From Copranaerobaculum intestinale (lineage in GTDB: Bacteria > Bacillota_I > Bacilli_A > Erysipelotrichales > Erysipelotrichaceae): a DNA stretch of 32,000 nt. The first letter of the stretch is position 1; every line of letters starts with the position of its first letter. The notes under the pieces were generated by a model. That model saw only the letters and a program-made list of their open reading frames with translations, was not told the DNA's origin and did no database searches. Both the position numbers and the translations under genes were made by a program. Below, piece by piece: positions 16,826 to 23,461 of the stretch. The DNA is taken from NCBI RefSeq assembly GCF_009831105.1, contig NZ_WUUQ01000001.1, positions 570,001 to 602,000 of the forward strand, given 5' to 3'.

Positions 16826-18271
16826 CTATCTTTGAAGTGCCTGCTTTAAAAATTGCTCTTTCATTTCTGGCGATAAAGATTTAATCAGTTCCAATAACGC
16901 CATATCACTATCGGTTAAGTCGGTATCTTGCTTTGGATTGTCTGTATCATCATTAAGCGTAGAATAAAATTCTTTATCCATTTTTTGTGCATTGAAACGT
17001 CTGTCCTCGTCAATGATTTCTGAATATACATCTGTAACCATTTCTGCTTCTGCGTGACCAGTATCGCCTTGTACGGACTTAACATCTCCGTTTGTCATTT
17101 TGAGTTTATAACCCGTACTTAAATGGCGTAGGCTGTGAAATACCACAACTTCATAATCGTTTTCTTCACAGAGCTTTTGAAACCTATCTCTAACAATACG
17201 GCTTTCCACGGGATTGCCATTATCCAACGCAATAACAAGGTTGTAATCATTGTAGGCACTTCCTAAAAATTCCTTTAATTCCTGCTGGTCTTTTTTATAT
17301 TGCACCAATAGTTCCGCAACTGTTTTAGGTAACCAGACAACACGATTACTTGTTTCTGTTTTTGGCGTTTTCAAGACAAGCCTTGTGGTACAATGCGGTT
17401 TTTGCGTTGGGAAAATCTTTAAAATATCCTTTTCCTTTAATTTCTGCATAGCTTCTGCATTTACTCTTGAAAGTTCTTTATTGATGATTACCTTTGCATT
17501 ATTTGTAGCAATGGACTCTTCATCAATAATAACATCTTCCCATGTAAGTCCTGTAATTTCTCCAATTCGCATAGAGCAGGAAAAAGCTAAGTGCATACAA
17601 ATTGAAAGCAAATCATCTTCCGTGGCTTTTACCGCTTCTCGAAATGTTTGAACACTCCACACTTTTCGCCTAGTCTTTGGAATTTTTGGTAACGTAGCCA
17701 AAGACGCAGGGTTTCTTTTGTTTGTATCAATATACTCCCAGCGGATAGCTTGATTTAAGGCACAGCGGATAATATCATGTATTTTTTTGATGTTCGCTGG
17801 TTGAACACAACGACCAGTTGCTTTTCTGTTTGCCCGTGGTACTTCTGGAACGCTCAATAAATCATTGTAGTATTTTGATAGACTTTTTGTAGTTATTTCA
17901 TTCAGTTTCCAATCTCCAATAATCGGATTGATATAATTTTCAATACTGCCTACCTTACTACTAAATGTACTCGGCGACCATTTAGATGTGCCATATAAAT
18001 TAACAAAAATTTCTAGGAAATCACGCAATGTAATATCTTTGTCTACAACATCTAACTCCTTTTTAGAATTTTCAATCTGATGTGCAAATTGTTCCTCTAA
18101 TGGAACTATCACATATCCAAATTTCTCTTGATAGTATTCTATAAAGGCTTTTCGCTGTTTTGCTTCTTTTCTTGTTTCCAGCGTGTCCCATTTTTGTTTT
18201 CTTTCTCCTGCACTATCTAAGTACCAATAAATAACTGAAAAACTTGATTTTCTTTGTTTGATTGAAGCCAT
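16826..18271 (-). CDS. int: Tyrosine-type site-specific integrase, 481 aa
   Basis: Catalytic residues in context: SMRIGEITGL (Arg), HSLRH (His-x-x-Arg), GHAEAEMVTDVYSE (His...Tyr). N-terminal arm-binding/SAM-like domains. AAGGAGAG RBS. Confidence 0.9.
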   Translation of the reverse strand: MASIKQRKSSFSVIYWYLDSAGERKQKWDTLETRKEAKQRKAFIEYYQEKFGYVIVPLEEQFAHQIENSKKELDVVDKDITLRDFLEIFVNLYGTSKWSPSTFSSKVGSIENYINPIIGDWKLNEITTKSLSKYYNDLLSVPEVPRANRKATGRCVQPANIKKIHDIIRCALNQAIRWEYIDTNKRNPASLATLPKIPKTRRKVWSVQTFREAVKATEDDLLSICMHLAFSCSMRIGEITGLTWEDVIIDEESIATNNAKVIINKELSRVNAEAMQKLKEKDILKIFPTQKPHCTTRLVLKTPKTETSNRVVWLPKTVAELLVQYKKDQQELKEFLGSAYNDYNLVIALDNGNPVESRIVRDRFQKLCEENDYEVVVFHSLRHLSTGYKLKMTNGDVKSVQGDTGHAEAEMVTDVYSEIIDEDRRFNAQKMDKEFYSTLNDDTDNPKQDTDLTDSDMALLELIKSLSPEMKEQFLKQALQR

Positions 18272-18289
18272 AATTTTCTCTCCTTATAG

Positions 18290-18508
18290 TTAAATTTCAT
18301 TTAACCATTTATCGAAAGAAACCTTTGATACCCGTATGGCTTTACCAGCACGAACATAACTGAATTGACCGCTTTTTACTAATGAATAAGCTACCTTTTT
18401 GCTAATGTCCAGTTGTTCAGCAATTTCCTCTACTGTATAAGTCTTTTTTTCCTTTGTAGGAGATTGTGCATTTTGTGTATCACTTATCACTATTAAGACC
18501 CCTTTCAT
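18290..18508 (-). CDS. xis: Excisionase-type helix-turn-helix protein (Xis), 72 aa
   Basis: TYTVEEIAEQLDISKKVAYSLVKSGQFSYVRAGKAIRVSKVSFDKWL is an HTH_17/excisionase fold pattern. It sits immediately upstream of int. ATG 18508 chosen; the longer ORF in the track has an implausible N-terminus. Confidence 0.7.
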   Translation of the reverse strand: MKGVLIVISDTQNAQSPTKEKKTYTVEEIAEQLDISKKVAYSLVKSGQFSYVRAGKAIRVSKVSFDKWLNEI

Positions 18509-18941
18509 TTGTGACAGCAACAAAATACACTCGTCTAATAAGGTCATTATAACACACCTAAATAAAAAGAGTAGATAGATTTTGTTGCTGAAACTATCAA
18601 TTATAAGCAGGCAGACGGCTTTGGAAAGCTCCGTTAGTATCTCAACTATTCCCATTCTTGTGGGCAGAACCGCACCATGCGGACGTATCATTATTCTGTG
18701 AGGATAGGTCATGGCAAAACGACTTTTCCAACAGTCGCTCTCGGATCACTGCGTGGGTCGCTCGCTTTCTTTTGAAAAGGTCGTGGCGTACAGTTCCCGT
18801 GGCTCGCTATCTCACAAACGTATCTGTCTGCTTTATTCAGTTGTCAAAGAGCTGTGGCGAAAGCGTGTTGCTTTCATATAAAAGCAGGGGCAGAGCAGGA
18901 AAGAGGGGATTGAACAAATCATGCTCTGCGGTTACTGCTTG

Positions 18942-19190
18942 TTATTCTTCTTCGATTTCTAAGGCAATATCAAACCCTAAAATCATTTTAATAAGTGCTT
19001 CTCTGATAAGTCCCTTTAATTCCATATCTACAACAATATAGACATTGCCGTATTCATCATAGAGTGGTCGTAGACAGCACTTTGATATGTAAGGGTCATA
19101 AAATGCCAGTATCTTTTCAATCGCTTTTTCGTCCCCGTCCATTGCCTGCGAAAGCAAGTAGTAGGACGGCTTCTTCATTGTGTGTTTCAT
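18942..19190 (-). CDS. Tn916 Orf8-like helix-turn-helix (HTH_16) conjugative-transposon regulator
   Basis: ILAFYDPYISKCCLRPLYDEYGNVYIVVDMELKG matches the Tn916 Orf8 family as recalled. AAGGAG RBS. Directly downstream of the sigma-like gene. Confidence 0.75.
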   Translation of the reverse strand: MKHTMKKPSYYLLSQAMDGDEKAIEKILAFYDPYISKCCLRPLYDEYGNVYIVVDMELKGLIREALIKMILGFDIALEIEEE

Positions 19191-19196
19191 TTGCTA

Positions 19197-19613
19197 TCAT
19201 TTCTCCTTTAGTATTTTTTTCATAAGCTCTAGTGAATTGTGTCGGTTTTGAAAAACACCACTTCTTGAAATATTTTGTCTTTTTGCAATCTCGGTATCGC
19301 TCATTTCCAAGAAATAATACATCAACAAATTTTCTCGATTACGCTCAGACAAATGTTTCAAGGCTTCTGCCAGTTCATCATCACAAATACGAATATCACT
19401 ACCACATACATTGAAAATCGTATAGTCCGTATCATAGTCGTCCCAGACAGCCAGATTTTCTACAACGATTTCTGGAAGTTCACAAAAAAGCGTTTCTCCC
19501 TTTTGTCGTCGCTTTAATTTCTTCTGATAGTCCTTAACAACATGTCGGACAACTTTCTTCAAACAACTTTCAAAACGGCATTGAACTGTTTTCTGGAAGT
19601 CAGATGGTTTCAT
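19197..19613 (-). CDS. Tn916 Orf7-like sigma-70 region-4 family protein, 138 aa
   Basis: Starts MKPSDFQKT like Tn916 Orf7 (MKPSSFQTT). Region-4 HTH LLMYYFLEMSDTEIAKRQNISRSGVFQ. AAGGGGGTGA RBS before ATG 19613. Confidence 0.8.
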   Translation of the reverse strand: MKPSDFQKTVQCRFESCLKKVVRHVVKDYQKKLKRRQKGETLFCELPEIVVENLAVWDDYDTDYTIFNVCGSDIRICDDELAEALKHLSERNRENLLMYYFLEMSDTEIAKRQNISRSGVFQNRHNSLELMKKILKEK

Positions 19614-19941
19614 CAATCTCACCCCCTTTCCGTTACGATATGAAAAGTGGTTATCCCTCTTTCCGCACCATATAGGGAACGACAGGTGTGATTTGCTAAG
19701 TTGAAACCGAAAAAAGTTGAAAAAAATTTTTAACAAAACAAAAACAGCCCGATAATGTGTAATTACACAAACAGACTGTTTTATAAATTCTATTGATATG
19801 AATTTTTAATTCTTGTAAAGGGTGTAATGATTGTAATAGTGGACTGAAATATTTATTCAGTTGAGAACGGCAGAACGTTCTTCCGTATGCAATCATGGTA
19901 TAGCCCCCTTTAACCAGAGCTATGCCTTATTTACTCCTAAG

Positions 19942-19978
19942 AAAAAAGGACAGTTCTGGTTATATCCAAAACCGTCCC
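19942..19978 (-). terminator. Strong rho-independent terminator between delta and the orf7 leader region
   Basis: On the minus strand, GGACGGTTTTGG pairs with CCAGAACTGTCC (12 bp including G-U pairs). Loop ATATAA, then a T6 run. Confidence 0.5.
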
Positions 19979-20060
19979 GTTATTTTTCAAGACGCACAAA
20001 AGTGTATTATCTAGGAACGGTTTTTTTTATTTACCGCACACGATAACAGCTTTTGAATTA

Positions 20061-20939
20061 TTACTGCATACTATATGCAAGCATTTCAAAAAATACGTTC
20101 TCATACATAGATAAAACTTTTTTGTCATAGCCTTTGTGTTCTGTAATGCCGTTTTTAGACCAGGTACTTACTTTATTACTTCGCTTGATAATATTTTGGA
20201 AAACCAAGTTATCTTCTTTATGTTGCTTGTACAGTTCTTCCAGGTTTGATTTTATCGTTGTGCTGTCCGTATCAACTAAATAAGGAACAAAACCGATCAT
20301 ATCTAGTCCAGGGTTAAACTGTTCTTGTAAATCAATCAAATAGGAAATATAGTTTTGAATGTTGTTTGTACTTTCTTCTTCTGCTTGTAAAGGGATCATG
20401 ACGTAATCACTTGCCACGATTGCATTATTTGTATAAACGCTTGGCGTTGGTACAGTATCAATAATAATGAGATCATAGTCACTTTTTAAAGGTGCTAAAA
20501 GAGTAGCAAGCAATCTACTTTCATTTTCAAAAGTCCATGAGCGAGTTAATTTTGGCAGTAACATCAAATCAAACGTGCCAGGGATCAAGTCTAAATTATC
20601 AGTCAAATGAACAATAGAAGAAGCCAAGTTTCCATTTTTCAGTCCTTCATAAAAATTAACACGTGGCAATTCTACCTTAAATGTTTTTGCTAAGTCTTTT
20701 GTCAATGTTGCTTGTAAGTCCTTATCGATCATTAAAACTTTTAAATTAAATTTGTCTGTCAAGTAAGCAAACATAGTCGATAATTTTGACTTTCCAACAC
20801 CACCTTTAAAATAATTGTTTAAGATAACAATCGCTTCATTTTTACTGTTTAAAATACGTCTTAATTCTTCAAGTATTTTGAGTTCTTCCTTCTCCATAAC
20901 TACGCCCCATTCTTTTTTTGTATAGTAATATTGTATCAT
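20061..20939 (-). CDS. delta: ParA-family partition ATPase delta (ORF298-like), 292 aa with an altered C-terminus
   Basis: Deviant Walker A KGGVGKS. MIQYYYTKKEWGVVMEKEELKILEELRRIL... matches pSM19035 delta from memory. The final residues AYSMQ differ from the canonical tail. Confidence 0.9.
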   Translation of the reverse strand: MIQYYYTKKEWGVVMEKEELKILEELRRILNSKNEAIVILNNYFKGGVGKSKLSTMFAYLTDKFNLKVLMIDKDLQATLTKDLAKTFKVELPRVNFYEGLKNGNLASSIVHLTDNLDLIPGTFDLMLLPKLTRSWTFENESRLLATLLAPLKSDYDLIIIDTVPTPSVYTNNAIVASDYVMIPLQAEEESTNNIQNYISYLIDLQEQFNPGLDMIGFVPYLVDTDSTTIKSNLEELYKQHKEDNLVFQNIIKRSNKVSTWSKNGITEHKGYDKKVLSMYENVFFEMLAYSMQ

Positions 20940-20943
20940 TAGG

Positions 20944-21006
20944 AATCACAAATCACAAGTGATTTGTGATTAATCACTTGTGATTTGTGATAAGTGATTT
21001 GTGATT
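20944..21006. promoter_or_regulatory. P-delta operator: nine contiguous omega-binding heptads (A/T)ATCAC(A/T)
   Basis: AATCACA AATCACA AGTGATT TGTGATT AATCACT TGTGATT TGTGATA AGTGATT TGTGATT, parsed base by base. The omega repressor is known to bind such heptad arrays. Confidence 0.85.
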
Positions 21007-21010
21007 AATA

Positions 21011-21040
21011 TATAAAAGCCCTCTTTAAAGGGCTTTTATG
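21011..21040 (-). terminator. Rho-independent terminator after the topoisomerase fragment
   Basis: AAAAGCCCT (21014-21022) pairs with AGGGCTTTT (21029-21037). T/A-rich tracts on both sides. Confidence 0.6.
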
Positions 21041-21041
21041 C

Positions 21042-21299
21042 TTATTTTGAAAAAGAGATAAAATCAATATATCCCTTTTCTCCGATTTTTACAACGGCAT
21101 TGTAGGACTTTCTATCTTTCGTTTTGATTCCTTTTACCAGGGTTTCTTTTCCCTCTAGTAATTCTTTTACATTTGTTTTGGTGAGTTTTTTCTTTCTAAA
21201 ATGTTCAGCTAAAGTGAAGGTACATTCAGGATAATTTGAACAACCATAAAACGATTTTTTTAATACAATATTGTTGCCACACTTAGGACATTTTCCTAC
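21042..21299 (-). pseudogene. 3' fragment (about 86 codons) of an Inc18 type IA topoisomerase (gamma/TopB-like), cut by the Tn917 end
   Basis: Minus-strand translation VGKCPKCGNNIVLKKSFYGCSNYPECTFTLAEHFRKKKLTKTNVKELLEGKETLVKGIKTKDRKSYNAVVKIGEKGYIDFISFSK*. This is a zinc ribbon plus topoisomerase C-terminal repeat. There is no start codon; the frame abuts GGGGTCCCGAGCG at 21302. Confidence 0.75.
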
Positions 21300-21301
21300 A
21301 A

Positions 21302-21372
21302 GGGGTCCCGAGCGCTTAGTGGGAATTTGTACCCCTTATCGATACAAATTCCCCGTAGGCGCTAGGGACCTC
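21302..21372. repeat. Tn917 (Tn3-family) erm-proximal terminal inverted repeat plus an inverted internal copy, forming a 71-bp imperfect palindrome
   Basis: GGGGTCCCGAGCGCTTAGTGGGAATTTGTA faces the reverse complement GAGGTCCCTAGCGCCTACGGGGAATTTGTA. GGGGTC termini are typical of Tn3-family inverted repeats. Confidence 0.8.
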
Positions 21373-21467
21373 TTTAGCTCCTTGGAAGCTGTCAGTAGTA
21401 TACCTAATAATTTATCTACATTCCCTTTAGTAACGTGTAACTTTCCAAATTTACAAAAGCGACTCAT
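21336..21467 (-). CDS. Small erm(B)-downstream ORF (orf3-like, 43 aa) running into the Tn917 inverted repeat
   Basis: GGGAGGAAA RBS, then MSRFCKFGKLHVTKGNVDKLLGILLTASKELKRSLAPTGNLYR. This sequence always accompanies erm(B) cassettes; whether it is expressed is uncertain. Confidence 0.35.
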   Translation of the reverse strand: MSRFCKFGKLHVTKGNVDKLLGILLTASKELKRSLAPTGNLYR

Positions 21468-21471
21468 AGAA

Positions 21472-22209
21472 TTATTTCCTCCCGTTAAATAATAGATAAC
21501 TATTAAAAATAGACAATACTTGCTCATAAGTAACGGTACTTAAATTGTTTACTTTGGCGTGTTTCATTGCTTGATGAAACTGATTTTTAGTAAACAGTTG
21601 ACGATATTCTCGATTGACCCATTTTGAAACAAAGTACGTATATAGCTTCCAATATTTATCTGGAACATCTGTGGTATGGCGGGTAAGTTTTATTAAGACA
21701 CTGTTTACTTTTGGTTTAGGATGAAAGCATTCCGCTGGCAGCTTAAGCAATTGCTGAATCGAGACTTGAGTGTGCAAGAGCAACCCTAGTGTTCGGTGAA
21801 TATCCAAGGTACGCTTGTAGAATCCTTCTTCAACAATCAGATAGATGTCAGACGCATGGCTTTCAAAAACCACTTTTTTAATAATTTGTGTGCTTAAATG
21901 GTAAGGAATACTCCCAACAATTTTATACCTCTGTTTGTTAGGGAATTGAAACTGTAGAATATCTTGGTGAATTAAAGTGACACGAGTATTCAGTTTTAAT
22001 TTTTCTGACGATAAGTTGAATAGATGACTGTCTAATTCAATAGACGTTACCTGTTTACTTATTTTAGCCAGTTTCGTCGTTAAATGCCCTTTACCTGTTC
22101 CAATTTCGTAAACGGTATCGGTTTCTTTTAAATTCAATTGTTTTATTATTTGGTTGAGTACTTTTTCACTCGTTAAAAAGTTTTGAGAATATTTTATATT
22201 TTTGTTCAT
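21472..22209 (-). CDS. erm(B): 23S rRNA (adenine-N6)-dimethyltransferase Erm(B), MLS-B resistance
   Basis: The 245-aa product [44 protein letters not shown]...LLFNGRK matches Erm(B) as I recall it. AAGGAG RBS. Confidence 0.98.
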
Positions 22210-22255
22210 GTAATCACTCCTTCTTAATTACAAATTTTTAGCATCTAATTTAACT

Positions 22256-22675
22256 TCAATTCCTATTATACAAAATTTTAAGATACTGCACTATCAACAC
22301 ACTCTTAAGTTTGCTTCTAAGTCTTATTTCCATACTCGCTCTTAATACAATATAGTGTACCTCGTAATCTTCTTGGGCAAGAGCTTTCCATGGCTCCAAA
22401 AACCATGGCCCGACAATCCCATCTACAATTACATCATATCCGCCACGAGCATATCGCTTTGCAGCCTCTAAAAAGGCTTCAATGACAACCAGATTTTGCT
22501 TGTTGGATTCTGGCAAATGTGGTGGTATTGCGCCTTTGCTTAAGTAATGAAAAAAGTCATCGGTGTGCATATGCACTGATTTATCCATATCTGATTCCTT
22601 TGCGACAATTGACGCAGTTGTTGTTTTTCCTGTCCCCGGTGAGCCTGTAATCACAATAATTCTTCCTTGATTCAT
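22256..22675 (-). CDS. P-loop NTPase/kinase-like ORF, apparently 3'-truncated and fused to erm(B) upstream sequence
   Basis: Walker A GSPGTGKT at residues 11-18; GAGGGAAA RBS. The last roughly 25 codons (MEIRLRSKLKSVLIVQYLKILYNRN) are encoded by the erm(B) promoter region. Confidence 0.55.
   Translation of the reverse strand: MNQGRIIVITGSPGTGKTTTASIVAKESDMDKSVHMHTDDFFHYLSKGAIPPHLPESNKQNLVVIEAFLEAAKRYARGGYDVIVDGIVGPWFLEPWKALAQEDYEVHYIVLRASMEIRLRSKLKSVLIVQYLKILYNRN
22262..22300 (-). promoter_or_regulatory. erm(B) promoter region (classical leaderless cassette form)
   Basis: On the minus strand: TTGATA gtgcagtatcttaaaattttg TATAAT aggaattgaag. TATAAT lies at 22265-22270 and TTGATA at 22292-22297, a 21-nt spacer that is not optimal. 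Confidence 0.5.
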
Positions 22676-22726
22676 CTATATTTTCCCTCACAATTTGAAT
22701 TTATCACTTTGTTCCTGCCTGCTCAA

Positions 22727-22885
22727 TCATCTTCTTCGCAAACTCGTTTTCCCTGACCCTGGTTGCCCACCAAGTAAAAAAGCGGTTGGCGATTCAACCG
22801 CTTTTTTTCCTTGAACCAATTCTTCTAAATTATCATTTAAGCGATTTTCAAATTGTTTGTCAGTAAAATTGACTATATTTGCCAT
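22727..22885 (-). pseudogene. zeta: Truncated zeta toxin (first 50 codons, then RR-stop)
   Basis: [50 protein letters not shown] matches the zeta N-terminus through Walker A. It then diverges and stops at 22727. ATG lies 1 nt after the epsilon stop, as in pSM19035. Confidence 0.85.
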
Positions 22886-22886
22886 A

Positions 22887-23159
22887 TTAAGCCACTTTCT
22901 CTTTATTCAAAACTTGTTTTGAATAGCGATTCATTGACCGCCAATACTCATGAACGGCTTGTAATTCTTCTAAAGAATAATCAAAAAGATTTACACGTTT
23001 TGCAAGCTTTAATTGGTTTAATAAATTGACTTCCAATAATTGAGAGTCATTTTTATTTAATTCATGATTCAAAACATAGTTTAATACTCGATTATAAACG
23101 CTTGCCGATAATTCGTTAATGATCTCTATTTCAAATGTTTTTTCATAAGTAACTGCCAT
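22887..23159 (-). CDS. epsilon: Epsilon antitoxin of the epsilon/zeta system, intact, 90 aa
   Basis: [90 protein letters not shown] matches epsilon from memory. Confidence 0.95.
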   Translation of the reverse strand: MAVTYEKTFEIEIINELSASVYNRVLNYVLNHELNKNDSQLLEVNLLNQLKLAKRVNLFDYSLEELQAVHEYWRSMNRYSKQVLNKEKVA

Positions 23160-23175
23160 TTCATTTTCACTCCTT

Positions 23176-23391
23176 TTAAAGTTTGTCAGGTAAATATTTC
23201 CGAATATATTCTTCTAAGGCTTTATCCATAACTTCTTTTACGTTTCCGCCATTCTTTGCTGTTTCGATTTTTATAATATGGTGCAAGTCAGCACGAACAC
23301 GAACCGTCTTATCCCCCATAATATCTTTTTTTGCACTGATTGGTGTATCATTTCGTTTTGCTTTTTGTGCGCCTAAATTTCCCACAACCAC
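23176..23391 (-). CDS. omega: Omega global repressor (ribbon-helix-helix, MetJ/Arc type), 71 aa
   Basis: VVGNLGAQKAKRNDTPISAKKDIMGDKTVRVRADLHHIIKIETAKNGGNVKEVMDKALEEYIRKYLPDKL. Here it starts with GTG; I recall the canonical start as ATG with MIVGN. Confidence 0.95.
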   Translation of the reverse strand: MVVGNLGAQKAKRNDTPISAKKDIMGDKTVRVRADLHHIIKIETAKNGGNVKEVMDKALEEYIRKYLPDKL

Positions 23392-23433
23392 TCACTTCTT
23401 TCTATTTCTTCTTACTCTTATTTTATCATCAAC

Positions 23434-23461
23434 AATCACAAATCACAAGTGATTTGTGATT
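23434..23461. promoter_or_regulatory. P-omega operator: four contiguous omega heptads overlapping a TTGTGA -35
   Basis: AATCACA AATCACA AGTGATT TGTGATT. On the minus strand, TTGTGA, a 17-nt spacer and TAAAAT lie upstream of the omega RBS. Confidence 0.8.

Larger units (their letters stand above)
20061..23461. mobile_element. Inc18-plasmid-derived mosaic (omega, epsilon, zeta', P-loop', erm(B), Tn917 end, 'topoisomerase, delta) inserted in the ICE
   Basis: Proteins are near-identical to the pSM19035/pAMbeta1 delta, omega and epsilon sequences as I recall them. Omega heptad operators are present. Boundaries are approximate: the delta C-terminus diverges near 20076 and the heptad array stops at 23461. 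Confidence 0.8.

Noticed and set aside
18509-18712. N-terminal 68 residues of the 140-aa ORF containing xis
   Set aside because: The hydrophobic, Cys/Leu-rich extension crosses a promoter-like region and an inverted repeat. The excisionase-type HTH begins after the internal ATG at 18508.
18658-19041. 127-aa plus-strand ORF spanning the xis-orf8 spacer
   Set aside because: It has no RBS and an Arg/Ser/Cys-rich product, and its 3' part is antisense to the orf8-like gene. I treated the region as non-coding regulatory DNA instead.
19861-20046. 61-aa plus-strand ORF downstream of delta
   Set aside because: It spans the 19942-19978 terminator hairpin on the wrong strand and has no RBS.
20944-21006. 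Tandem 7-bp repeats considered as a CRISPR array, replication iterons or a microsatellite
   Set aside because: The units are contiguous with no spacers, in mixed orientation, and match the omega heptad consensus next to delta. Together with the second array at 23434-23461, I interpret them as omega-binding operators.
21271-21492. 73-aa plus-strand ORF across the Tn917 inverted repeat
   Set aside because: It is composed of inverted-repeat and palindrome sequence and is antisense to the erm(B) 3' end. It has no translation signals.
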